DNA from: Azolla caroliniana
Taxonomy: Eukaryota > Plantae > Polypodiophyta
NCBI GenBank assembly: GCA_043228905.1
Contig: JBHGNT010000017.1
Coordinates: forward strand, 17,794,001 to 17,858,000
DNA: 64,000 nt
Direction of reading: 5' to 3'
Shown: one piece after another, positions 46,521 through 58,973 of the stretch
Position numbering within the stretch: position 1 is the first letter of the stretch
Layout: every line of letters starts with the position of its first letter
Notes under the pieces: generated by a model
Databases searched by the model: none
The model's input: the letters and a program-made list of their open reading frames with translations, nothing else
What the model was told of the DNA's origin: nothing
Program-made: the position numbers and the translations under genes

Positions 46521-49298
46521 TCCGTTGCAGCTAAACCACTCTTACTCCTCATTTCGTTACATGGTATCAGAGCGCGTGGTAGCTTGATCCAAGCCCAGTC
46601 CGAAGAAACGCGTTCACGAAGAGTTGGCTAATCATTGCACAACATTCACACGGACCGAAGAAACAGAGAAGAAATCACCATGAATACTCAGATGGGAAGC
46701 GCTCTTCCTACGGAGAAGCTCGACAGGACAAACTTCGCATCTTGGGAGTGCAAGATGCATAAATACCTTGTCAGACAAGGATACTGGAGCTATATTGAAG
46801 GGGCTCATGAAACGCAACCCAACCCGACACACGTTGACTACCCAGCGTGGGAGCAGGCCGCAAGCTGTGTGTTGTATTGCCTTGCATCATGCATACATGA
46901 TCACATGCTTGGCTATATTTGAGAGGCGAAAACGCCGAAAGAAGCGTGGGGCAATCTCAAGAAGATCTTCGCGGCCAATACGGCTGCCCGCAAGCTCCAG
47001 CTTCGTCAGGAATTGAATGGCATTCAACAAAGGGACATGTCAATCAGCAGCTACACCTTGAAGATCAAGGAGCTGTGCGATGCCCTCGGGACGATCAATG
47101 TTGGCATTGACGATGAAGAAATGGTGCAGATATGCCTCAAAAGCTTGGCACCTCGATTCAACGCAATAAGGCCCGCCGTCCTCGCAAGAGAGAGTCCTCC
47201 CACCTTTTTCAATCTCTAGTCAATATTGCTGGTCGAGGAAAATCATGCCCGACAAAGGAACAATGCACCAGAGGGTCGGATGCTCTACTCCCAATCGGAT
47301 GATAGAACAAATTTCGGCCGTTAAAATAGAGGTCGATTCGAACAAGGCCGCAATGGTCGGCAGACTCAAGAGCGTAACCCCCACCAATGGCAAGCGAACA
47401 GGAATGGTCCTAGAGAGTTCGGCAGAAGGGGGAGTCATCATGACGGACCAACCAATCGTAACAACCCGAACAAATGCGAGTACTGTGGAAAACACGGCCA
47501 CTATGAAGAGGAGTGCCGCAAAAAGGTACGAAACTCGACTTCAACTAGCCGACAACTCACGAACTACGCATCGAATTCCAACTATGACAATCGTAGTGAA
47601 ATGTTTACGAATTACGCTACAAATTCTGACTACAACGATCGTAGCGGAATGTTCGTAATGAGACACGACGCACACTCGATGTCAGCACATGATTCAACTA
47701 GTGCCTCCGACTCAAATAATGTATGGTTTGTCAATTCGGGATCATCCAATCACATGATGTCTCATGAAGATTGGTTTCGGGAATTACGGAAGCCCGAACG
47801 TCTCGGATATGTTGAAATAGGAGATGGTACGACTCATCCAATACAACATATCAGGAATGTCCCATTCAGAAACGACGGAACACAAACCTACCTCAAGAAT
47901 GTACTGCATGTCCCCACCATCACCAAAAAACTGGTCTTAGTCGGCCAGATTGTCGAACAAGGAATGCAAGTACGATTCAACAACAACGGGTGCTTCATCG
48001 AAAGGGGTGGTCAAGTCGTAGCTCACGGTCGACGAGAAGGCCATATGTTTATCTTTGAATCGAACAAGGTAAAGTCGGCCATGTTCGCAAAGGGCCTCAA
48101 CGTCAAAATGGACTTAAATTTGTGGCACATCAATCTCCAAAAACTTCAAAACATGCAATCGAAAGGAGTCATAATCAGACTCTCGAACTTTACCGTGAAG
48201 GAGATTACGGGCATATGCGAAGCGTGCCAGTTCGGAAAGCAACGTTGACATCCATTTCCGAAAGAGCGGAATGTGAGCAAAGGGATCTTGGATGTCGTAC
48301 ATTCAGATGTATGGGGACCGACCTAGACAAGCACTCTCGGCGGATGCTGATATTACGTTACGTTCATCGACGACTTCTCCAGGAACACCTAATGAAACAA
48401 AAGAGCGAAGTGTTCAGATACTTCTAGAGATTCAAAGCCGAAGTTGAAAAAACTAAGGATTGGCATGTATGTTGCCTTCGATCGGATGGAGGCAAAGAAT
48501 ACTTTTCAGATCAGTTTACGACGTATCTCCGAAAGGAAGGAATCCGACGAGAATTCTCATGCTGTTACACACCTTAGCAGAACGGCGCAACTGAGCGTAA
48601 AAACTGACACATAATAGAAGTCGCACGGGCTATGATGAATGAGAAGAACTTGCTGAAATCGTACTGGGCAGAAGCGGCGAACATGGTTGTATACCTCATG
48701 AATAGGTGCACAACCTCAAGAGTACATGACGTAACTCCTCATGAGAAGTTCTTTGGAAAGTAGCCGGACTTATCACATGTCCGCATTTTCGGTGCAATCG
48801 CTTACGTGCATATTCCCGACGATACGCGAAAAAAGCTCGACCCAAAGTCGGAGAAATGTATCCTCGTAGGATACTCACTCGAACAGAAGGGGTACAAATG
48901 CTACAACCCATCTACCCGAAAAGTTCTAACAAGTCAAGTCGTAGTCTTCGACGAATACACATCCGTACGCACCAGAGAATACTTCGACTCCAACTCCACT
49001 CGACGCAGATGACGCCGAAATAGAAATAGAAGCTGAGGATCGGCTCACGCAGATGTTCGAAGACAACCCAATTTCGACACGGTTGAGTGGGTCATCAGAG
49101 CCGCCAAGCGATCAAAGCACATCTCGGCCGAGTCTGAAGTTGGACAAAGGGAAGGCGAAAATGCAGGAATATGAAGATCAGGAAGAGACTGAGGTGCTTC
49201 ACTCTTTCGACAATGAATTTGAAGGTCTCGACACTCACACAAATGGAGCGAGGACATCCATAGTCCCCACAGATGTAGAGCTACGCCGGTCGACCCGT
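45883..49298 (+). mobile_element. Degenerate Copia (LTR 45883-46561, gag-PR-INT), interrupted by a Gypsy; 3' half absent
   Basis: TGTTG...TTACA LTR; PBS TGGTATCAGAGC at 46562; gag from 46680 (EKLDRTNFASWE), PR WFVNSGSS, integrase pieces up to ELRRSTR; many stops. Confidence 0.9.
46119..46176 (+). promoter_or_regulatory. Heat-shock-element-like array in a Copia LTR
   Basis: GAAtaTTCtaGAAccCTCtaGAActTTC (alternating nGAAn/nTTCn), with a further GAAtaTTC upstream. Confidence 0.55.
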
Positions 49299-52200
49299 TG
49301 TCGTGAAGATCCGTCACTACGCGCGGATCGTGAGGCGAAACCGTCGGGGTTCTGGATCGGAAAGACTTGAAGTTGGCGCAAGCTTTAGTGAGAAAGTACT
49401 TAAGCTAGATTGAAAGAGAGAGAGAGAGAGCTTGAGGTAGAATAGAACGCTTGACTTTAGATTGAGAGAGATTAAGATTGAACTCTTGATTTTAGATTTT
49501 AAGAAACAAGTTACATGATCAATTCGATAACGAATTCTCTTCTTCTTAATTTCATAACCCAAAAAACCTAACCCTTCTTCTTTTTCATCCCTTCTTTTAT
49601 AGATGCTCTCATGCATATGATGCATGTGAGGGTACAAGACATGCATAAAATGCATGTTTGCTATTTGGCACTCATGTATTACATGTGGTGCATGATAACC
49701 ATGTCACTCATTTTAGCTCTCATGTATGAAAATTTCCACGTAAAAGTACAATGATAGAAATATAAATTCAACTAAATGTCATGGCTTAGTGGTAAGCCTA
49801 TTGACTCTTAACTAAGAGGTGCAAGGTTTGAATCCTTACTTGCCCTCCTTGTGTATATATATATGTGATATATATATATATTTATTTATTAATTTGGATG
49901 CCGGATGCCGTCGTCGTCATCGCCGGCCTGTTGGATGCCGATACCGCCGGATCACCGGCTCCGCCACCACCTCGCCGGCTCCGTCATATGCCGATTCCGC
50001 CGATCGCCGGTTACCGTCCAGTTCCGTTTTGGTTGGCCAAAACCTTTACGAGTGACTAGGCCACCTCCACTCTTAGTTCAAGTTACCATGAACTCTCTAT
50101 GCTCAACACATAAACAAAAAGATAATAGCTTTTGCTCTACCTTATATATGATGAGAGCCGTATTTGTCAGGCCTATGTGGGATATCTCACAATTTTCTCT
50201 TTTCCTTTCACAAACTTTATACCCTCATATCTTGACATCTAGTGTTCTGTTTCTCGTGTAATAAAGTGCATTCGAAAGCTCTTGAAGACCTCCATCATTT
50301 TGTACTTAGATACTTCACTATTATTGTTTTATGTGATTCATACTCGATTTTGTACGTTTTATGTGATTTTCACACCATTGCCGAAAATTTTCACGACATC
50401 CACCCCCACCAAACCGCACGTCCTTCGGTACGTGCCAAGAAGAGAGAAAGTGAGATTTCGGCTACAGTGATCAATAAGATTCCTCCATGTCTTCATTTAC
50501 ATCCGCCCTATTATGTTCATCGTCGAGGTGATCGAGGTTAGGATTCTTGTCTTGTCTTTTCTTGAAAATCTTTACTCTTTTTCTCGCAATGGGTACGACG
50601 AACCTTGATCCGTCTAGCTCTGCAAGGTGGTATGTGGCATTATCGTTGGCACTTGTCACCACATACGGCCCAAACCATCTTCTTGCGAACTTCCTTATTG
50701 TACTGTGTTGATTGTCAAGGCTGCTGCTGTAAACCAAAACCCAATCTCCTTCTTCAATCTTCTTGGGACAAAGTCAATGCGTGTTGTCGAACCGAACTTT
50801 GTTCTTTACTCGGGCTGCCTCCATCATCTTTCGCACTTTTTCTAGATCTTTAGGTCTTCTTTCAAGCTGCCTTATCTACGCCGCTAATAACTCTTCTCGG
50901 CTCATCTCGTTCTCCCACGGTATCGCTACCCATGAGGCGATCGTCCTTTCGATGGGCATAACCGGCTTTTGTCCATACATAAGCTCCATCGGCATATACC
51001 CTGTCACCGAGCTGTGTGTCGTTCTATCGGCCCACAAGGCATAGGGTAATAGTCGTGGCCAATTCCCGACTCGACCGTTGCATGCCTGTACGATGGCTTT
51101 AACGATAGGTCCATGCCCTCGCTCGATCTTCCCATTCGCTTCCGGATTGTAGGCAGTCGTGAGGGAGAGCTTCATGCCTAGTCGTTCAAAGAGCTCCGTC
51201 ACTTCGTGCGCATCCAACTCCCCTCGGTCGACCACTATCTTCCCCACACATCCGTATCGGCAAACAACCTCTTCAAGTAGAAATTTGCAAACGGCTTAAG
51301 TCGTCTTATTTGTCAAGGCTCGTCCTTCCACTTGATTTGTTAAGTCTTCCCTTGCCAGCGCTAAGTACTTCATTTGTCCCACTCCCATTGGCATCGAGAC
51401 CAGATCCACCATCCATTTGAAGTGTATGGTGAGTGGGTATGTCGGCTGTAACTCATCACGATGACATATATTTGAATATATTTGGCAAGTTTCGCATGTG
51501 GACACGAAATGGAGTACATCTTTGTACATGCTTGGCCACTAGTACTTCTCCTTCAACTTTTCGAACGTCGCCCATGTTCCTCTATGACCTGTCCAAGCAC
51601 TCTCGTGGAATTCGGTCATCAGCGTCTCTTGCTCTTCTTTTTTCACCACCACTCGACGTGGTATTCCTGTCCTTCTTTTTGGATGTCGCCAAAGGAATCC
51701 TCCCTTCAAGAAGTATCGGTAAGCTTTCTTCCGGATTCGTACGGCCTCCTCCTTTGTCAACGAAGCATCTGCCGTCAATGTTCTTAGGAATCTATCGATC
51801 AGTAACCACTCTCCTTCGTACTCGTTCTCGTTGAAGGCGTGGAGGGTTTGCGTGTTCTGGTCTTTCGCCGATAATCGAGCCATCTTGAAGAAGTCGAGGG
51901 CGACATCTTCATCTTCCCAAACCATGTCACTTCCATTTTCAAATCTTGCCCTCGACAACATGTCAGCCATGGCGTTCTTCTTCCCTGCAATGTGACGGAT
52001 CTCTGGGTTTAAAGACTTGATGTAGGCGATCCACCTTAGCATAGCAAGATTTGGGGTCGCACATCCCGAGACCATTCCGAGAATGGGGAGACAATCTGTC
52101 TCTATTATCACTTCCGACTCGATCAGGTAATCTTTGTCCGTCTTCACTGCCGACACAATACCCCAAAGTTCCCGCTTGACTTGGGCATATCTTTGTTGCC

Positions 52201-53804
52201 GTTCGCTGAGAATCTTTGCTCCAAACCGGACGACATATCTCGCATTATCTTCTCCTTCTTGATTGATGACCCACCCGATTCTGGTTGGGCTCGTATCTAC
52301 GGTCACATAAATCGGCTTCCCTTCGGCATAGTCGGCCTTCCTTAGTGTCGGAGCTTCAAGAAGTAGTTTCTTCAATCTTCGCATCGCATTTGTGTGCTCG
52401 TCTCGCCATTCAAACTTCATTCTTTTCTTTAGTAGTCCATATAACGGTTCAGCGACATGAGCGTAGTGCGGAATCCAGATATGATAAAATGCGCATGCTG
52501 AACCTTCTAACCTTCGTTTGATTTTCGCATTCTTCTTTCATGTCTTGGATCGCGTTCACTTTGTATGGCGAAGGTTTCCAGCCGTATGCCCCACATAAGT
52601 GACCTACCACCAAGATCTCTGGTTGCCCAAATGCGGATTTTTCTCCTGAAAATGTCAAATTCGCATCTTCGAGCCTTTGAAGCACCTTCTCACAATCTTT
52701 CATATGATCCACAACGAACTTTCTACAACCTTCCTTATCTTTCGATTCATCTTTCTCCTCATCCGAACATCCTTTTATCGGAATATCATCCAAGAATGAC
52801 ATCGTGATGTCCGGGATGCAATCCTTCAAGACTTTATTCATAGCATTCACCATATGAGCCACCAAGTTTGTTGCGCCTTGGGGTAAGGTACACATCCACA
52901 CAAGCCCGATCGGAGTCCTCATGGTTGTAATGTCCCGACTGTTGATCGCCAATTGGAATTGGTCATATTCGGAGTAGAGATCGCCAATGGAGTAGATGGA
53001 CCGGCCCGCAAACGCTTCAGCAAATTCGTCCACGCTCGGACCGATTCTGGCATTTCGAATTGTCACCTTGTTGACGGGTTGAAGATCTTTGATGAATCGC
53101 AATGATCCATTCTTCTTCGGCACTGTGAACCACCTATTGGAATAAGGAGCATTCGACGGTTCTAGAATTCCCATACTCACCTTCTCCTTTAAGAGCTCGA
53201 TCAGCTTCGGAAAGTGTGCTCTCGGAACCGATATCGGTTTCAAATTCCAAGGCACATGAGGCACCGTGAAGATCACCATCGGCTCTATAACCTTTGGGTC
53301 GGCACATCCGATTTCTCGTGGGAAGAATGCAAAAGCCTTCCCGTATCTCGCAAGCATATTGTGAAACATTCGTTCTTCTTCAGGGAGAAGGAAATCCTCC
53401 TTTCCAACTCGTAGCTTCCCCTTTGTCTCTTTGGTGAAGACATGACCTATCGTCTTCGGATCTCTTAAGCTTGGATCGTTAGCGACTTCCTTCATCTTTT
53501 GCCAGCTTTCTTCCGGTAGCGGAACCACAACTGGCTTGATCTTCTTATCCATCGTTTTATATTTCGTGTTGATGTCAGCTTCCTTCATCGAGATGCCACG
53601 ACGGTATTCATCGATGATAGTGTACATGTTGATGGAGTTAACCGAAATCACGCGTTGGCCGTGAAGATAGCTCAAGTCCACGACGTCCTTGATTTCGCCG
53701 ATGGTGTCGTTAAATGAGGCTTCTTCCATAATATGAGTCACGAACTCTCCTTCTTCTATTATGTTTTCTTCTTTCAGCATCTTCTCGAATTCTTGTATCC
53801 GACG

Positions 53805-56800
53805 TGTTAAGTAATTAGGTAATTAACTAGGGTTAATTAGAGACTAATTATATGGTTACGTTAAGCAACGGAAGATTAGTATGATATGCGCGTGAGAGTG
53901 TGTGAGAGGAAGAGAGAGAGAGAGGAAGTTACACTTGAACACAAAGATAAATGGGGGATGATTGACTATATTGAAAAGTGTCATCAACGATCCAAAAATA
54001 CCCACAATGAGGTATATATACAACCCATGTGCAAAGGTGCACATGTGTGGGTAGAACATAGGTACTTATGTGTAAGTCCTACATTAAATGTACTAAGGAA
54101 TGGAGGATCTAGAATATCCCACTTAAGTACAAGGTCCTATTTAAAGGCTTAAAGTCAACACATTAACTAGATTAGATCTAGGTAACTACTAAGTTACATG
54201 TGTTGACTAGCTAGATTAAACTAGTTGAGCTTGATATCTCAACACGCCCCCTCAAGCTCAAGTGTGAGTCGTCCAACGTCCGGTTTAGCTTCCTTCGGCT
54301 TCGTCGGCATCGGTGCGGCTTGCGGCTTTCTTCGCGTCTTCGCGGCTTCGTTGCGCGGTTCTCCGCGGCTTTGTTGAGCGGCTTTCTTCGCGTATTCGCG
54401 GCTTTCTTCTCCCCCTCAAGCCTATGATGAAGGCTTGGATCCTCAGGCTCTTGTTCGGCCACTACCTTCATCGTGAAGGCATAGTGATGGGCCATATACT
54501 CGTTGTAGGTGTAACGAGTGATTTGGGTCTTCGCTCGTGATGAGCGGCGGAGTTTCTCGTTTGTTGATGTGAGCACCTTCTTTACTCCGGGTGTCCTCAT
54601 GATGGGTACACCGAACTCACTGTGTAGTGAGCGAGCCGAATCATCCGAATCACGGTCGTCGGGGTGGACCTTGAATTCGTATTCGGGCTTCTTACCTTTG
54701 CCTTTGTTCGGTGTCGGACTTGGCCGCGACGTGTTTTCATCGCGTGGAGGCTCTTGTGGGCCAATTAGCTCAGTAGAGCTTGGATTGTCCTTCGGTGGAG
54801 GACTTGGCCGAGTTTCGTCGTCCGAGTTGGCGTTCAACTCTTCCTCGATCGGATCCGATGGAGTCGCATCGGGCTTATACCAAGATGCCAATTCGTCGAA
54901 AACGACGTCGCGACTTATCCGCACCGCTCGGGTCGAAGGGTTGAAGCATTTGTACACCTTTCTCGCGGACAAGTATCTTATGAGGATACATTCTTCCGAC
55001 TTCGCGTCGGGCTTCTCTCGACTTTTGTTCGGGATGCGTACATTCGCAATGCTTCCGAACACCTTGAGGTGCGAGAGGATGGGCTTCCTTCCAACGAAGA
55101 TCTCGTATGGAGTAAGCTCATGCACACTATTTGTGGTGCATCGATTCATGAGATAGACCGCCGTGGATGCCGCTTCCGCCCAATAGAAGTTCAACATGTG
55201 CTTCTCACGCATCATGGCACGTGCTACCTCGAGTATTTGCCGATTCTTTCTCTCGGCTACTCCGTTTTGTTGGGGAGTGTGTTGGCATGAGAATTCTCTA
55301 CGAATGCCTTCACCTTGGAGGTAAGAGGTGAACTCGTCGGAGAAGTACTCCTTTCCTCCGTCCGATCGTAGGCATCGAATGTGCCGACCGGTTTCTTTCT
55401 CCACTTGGCTTTTGAGCCTTTGAAAGTGGGAGAGCACTTTGCTCTTCTTCTTCATCGGGTATATCCACGCGTAGTGCAAGTGGTCATCGATGAAGGTGAC
55501 GTAGTAGCGGCATCCACCGAGCGTTGGCATTTGACCCGGTCCCCATACATCCGAGTGTATGACGTCGAGGAGGCCTTTGCTTGTGGAGCTCTCCTTCGGG
55601 AATGGGAGTCGATGTTGTTTGCCGAGTTGGCATGCTTCACACACTCGGTCGACTCGTTTCGATTCGAAGGCCGGGAGTCCGATTATGACTCCCTTTGACT
55701 GCATTCCGCGAAGCCGTTGGAGGTTTACGTGGCCAATTCGCTTGTGCCACAACTCGATGTTTGTCTCGGTCTTGAGACCTTTGGCGTACATAGCTGATTT
55801 TACCTCGTTTGAGTGGAGGATGAACAAGCGACCGTCTCTCCGTCCCTTGGCTATGAGTCGGCCGTCTTTCTCGATGAAGCAACCTTCATTGTTGAAGCGA
55901 ACTTGCATGCCTTGCTCCACGATTTGGCCGACCGAGACCAAATTCTTTGTTATTGTGGGCACGTGCAAGACATTCTTGATGCAATTTTGCTCGCCTTCTT
56001 TCCCGAATGGGACATCGCCGATGTGCCGAATGGGATGCGGAGTGTCGTCTCCGGTCTCTATGTAGCCGGGTCGATCCGGCGTTCGCAAGTCGCGAAACCA
56101 CTCTTGGTGCGACGTCATGTGGTGCGAGGCACCGGAGTCTACGAACCACGCGTGTTCAGAGTTGGAGGTGCTTGCGGAGTTTGCGGGATCGGAGGCCATC
56201 ATAGAGTTCGCTCTATGCCTCATCACGAAGAGTCCACCGTAGTCCGCGTTCGCGGCGTAATTTGTGAGTTGTCGGCTTGTTGAGGCTGACTCGCTTCGTC
56301 TTTTTCGACACTCCTCTTCGCGATGGCTGATTTTGCCGCAGTAGTTGCACTTAGGTGGCATCGTTCGCCGACCTTGTTCGGCGTGGAAGCTCCCCCTTCT
56401 TGTGAAGGTTCCTCGATGGCTTCCGTTTCCTTGCCAAAATTGTGAATTCCCTTCGTGGGATAGGTCGAATTGACCTCTTCCGCGTCGACCTCGTCTATGG
56501 GCACCATCCGTATCGGAGAAGAGCATTTGTCCTTCCGATGTGTTGGTCTTTGGTTGAACGTGGTTTTCTTCGACCAATAGCATTGATTGGAGGTTGAAGA
56601 ACAAGGGAGGGGTATCTCTCGCCAAGATTGCCGTTCTCAACGGGTTGAATCGTTGTGCGAGGCCGCCCAAGCATACTTGCACCATCTCGTCCTCGTCGAT
56701 GTTGACGTTGATGGAGCCAAGAGAGTCGCAAATGCTCTTGATCTTGGCGGTGTAGTCCGTCACGGACATTTCTTTTTGTCGTATGTTGTTCAACTCTTGC

Positions 56801-57744
56801 CGGAGTTAAAGCTTGCGTGTGGATGTGTCTGCGGCGAAAATCTTCTTGAGATTTTCCCACGCCTCTTTGGGCGTCTTGGCGTCACAAATGTGGCTAAGCA
56901 TGTGGTCGTTTACACATGTTGCCAAGCAATACATTACCCGACTCGCGCCTTGCTCCCATGTTGGGTAGTTGGCGTGCGTGGTTTCGGGTTTGTTTTCTTG
57001 TGCGCTGTTGATGTAGCTCCAATACCCTTGGCCGACAAGGTATTGATTCATCTTGTACTCCCAAGATGAATAGTTGCTTCGGTCTAGCTTTTCGCTAGGG
57101 AGTGAGCTTCCCATTTGTTTGTTCATGTTGATTGTTGTGTCTTCCGTTTTGTTTTTCTTCTCTTGGTCGCGTACACGTCCTTCGTAGCGGCACTATGGTA
57201 GCGGATAACGAATAGCTGGGATTTGTCGTCGGCGTCTCGAACACACAATCACGAATAAGCGGTGGGCTTAGTGGATTTCCTAAACCACGCGCTCTGATAC
57301 CATGTTAAGTAATTAGGTAATTAACTAGGGTTAATTAGAGACTAATTATATCATTACGTTAAGCAGCAGAAGGTTAGTATGATATGCGCGTGAGAGTGTG
57401 TGAGAGGAAGAGAGAGAGAGAGAGGAAGTTACACTTGAACACAAAGATAAATGGGGGATGATTGACTATATTGAAAAGTGTCATCAACGATCCAAAAATA
57501 CCCACAATGAGGTATATATACAACCCATGTGCAAAGGTGCACATGTGTGGGTAGAACATAGGTACTTATGTGTAAGTCCTACATTAAATGTACTAAGGAG
57601 TGGAGGATCTAGAATATCTCACTTAAGTACAAGGTCCTATTTAAAGGCTTAAGGTCAACACATTAACTAGATTCGATCTAGGTAACTACTAAGTTACATG
57701 TGTTGACTAGCTAGATTAAACTAGTTGAGCTTGATATCTCAACA
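53805..57744 (-). mobile_element. Internally deleted Copia (gag-PR-INT, no RT/RNase H) nested in element C
   Basis: Near-identical LTRs at 53805-54244 and 57303-57744; TSD CGACG/CAACG; iMet PBS at 57289-57302; PPT at 54245. ORF 57126-54211 has a single stop at 56806, and homology ends at VAEQEPE, where RT should begin. Confidence 0.93.
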
Positions 57745-57841
57745 CAACGCTTGTCCTTCTTGTCGGGTAGTACTAGTTTACATGCACCACTAGGTGTGAC
57801 ACATGTTGCTTCTCCTCGCAATCCACGCACTCTTCTTACTT

Positions 57842-57905
57842 GTGGGGTCTTGTGATTGCTTGGACTATTTGTGCCCCATGCTTCAATAGTCCGCTCTAAA
57901 AATCC
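57842..57905 (-). promoter_or_regulatory. Putative -1 programmed ribosomal frameshift signal, element C
   Basis: PR ORF ends G GAT TTT TAG; 6-nt spacer; stem GGACUAUU/AAUAGUCC; loop UGGGG pairs with CCCCA. The -1 frame joins the RT ORF 52449-53780 once the nested Copia is removed. Confidence 0.78.
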
Positions 57906-58780
57906 GAGGATTCGCCTCCGAGACTATCTCGATTCCTTTCATGATTGGCTTGCACCGTTAGGAATTGGACCGATCTTTGGTTGTCAAGACTCTTTATTTG
58001 TGTGAAGGCTGCTCCATTATCGAACACTTTGGTCTCCATCCGAGATGATGTGATATACGGTTGCCCTAGGATGACAGGATGCGACACCGATTCTTGTACG
58101 AAGAAGTGTTGATCCATCTCCACATCCCCGATCGTGACTTTGACATTGGGACAAGCTCCGTACAAGTCCTCCGTAGACTTTGTTGCCATGCGAATCTTCC
58201 ATCCGTGGTTTGTATTGATTGGCCATCTTCCTTTTTTGTAGAAGTCGGTTGACATGAGGTTGATCTCCAAGCCGTGGTCAATCAAAGCTACCATGGTCTC
58301 TTTCTTCTCCCCGATCTTCACCGGCATCTCCGTTGTCGCTTGTGCCCAATGAGGTCGAGTATAGTGGCTATCCACCATATCTTCATCGACTTCATCTCTT
58401 GCCATCGTTATAGCATTCGTTTTTGCTTTTTGCGGCTTCTCTTCTTCCTCGTCTGATTGTTGTCTTTTTCTCTTTACAAGGTCCACGATCGTGTCATGGA
58501 ATTCCTTCTTCGTAATGCCAAGCAATTCCCTCAAGGACAAAGTCACGTGGCTATCAAGAACTTGTTCTTCGAGAATCTTCTTTAGGTCCGTCGTCTGCTC
58601 TATGTCCGACCTTAACTTATAGGTAGGCATAGTCCTTGTCCTCCGAGCGGGGTCTTTGACTAACCTTCACGGGCCGAATCGTTTCTTCAACTCATATGCT
58701 CGGCTCCCCTTTTCGGCTTGATTCTCGTTCCTCCGTTTGTAAAGGTTGACTCGTCTCTGCATTGTCCTTCTTTTTCGCGC

Positions 58781-58812
58781 ATAAACATATAAACATATAC
58801 ATACACATGCAT

Positions 58813-58847
<35 letters not shown>

Positions 58848-58960
58848 ACAAACAACATATCTATGAAACCATATAAATACACATGCATATAAGCATACAT
58901 ACAAGCACACATAAGTTTACAACTACATATTTACATACCTACACACAAGCATGCATATAT
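58781..58960. repeat. CA/TA-rich low-complexity microsatellite region
   Basis: (CA)n and ACAT-like repeats. Confidence 0.8.
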
Positions 58961-58973
58961 AGCTGACAACAAT

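Larger units (their letters stand above)
49299..58780 (-). mobile_element. Trp-family Ty3/Gypsy (element C): 3' LTR, INT, RH, RT and PR present; gag and 5' LTR missing
   Basis: LTR at 49299-50398 (TGTCGTG...CACGACA); PPT at 50399-50410 as in elements A and B; Pol closely similar to element A (NAPYSNRWFTVPKKNG, FLDD); PR in ORF 57896-58630. Confidence 0.92.

Noticed and set aside
49778-49846. Functional tRNA gene
   Set aside because: No proper acceptor stem and a weak anticodon stem; treated as a tRNA-derived cassette.
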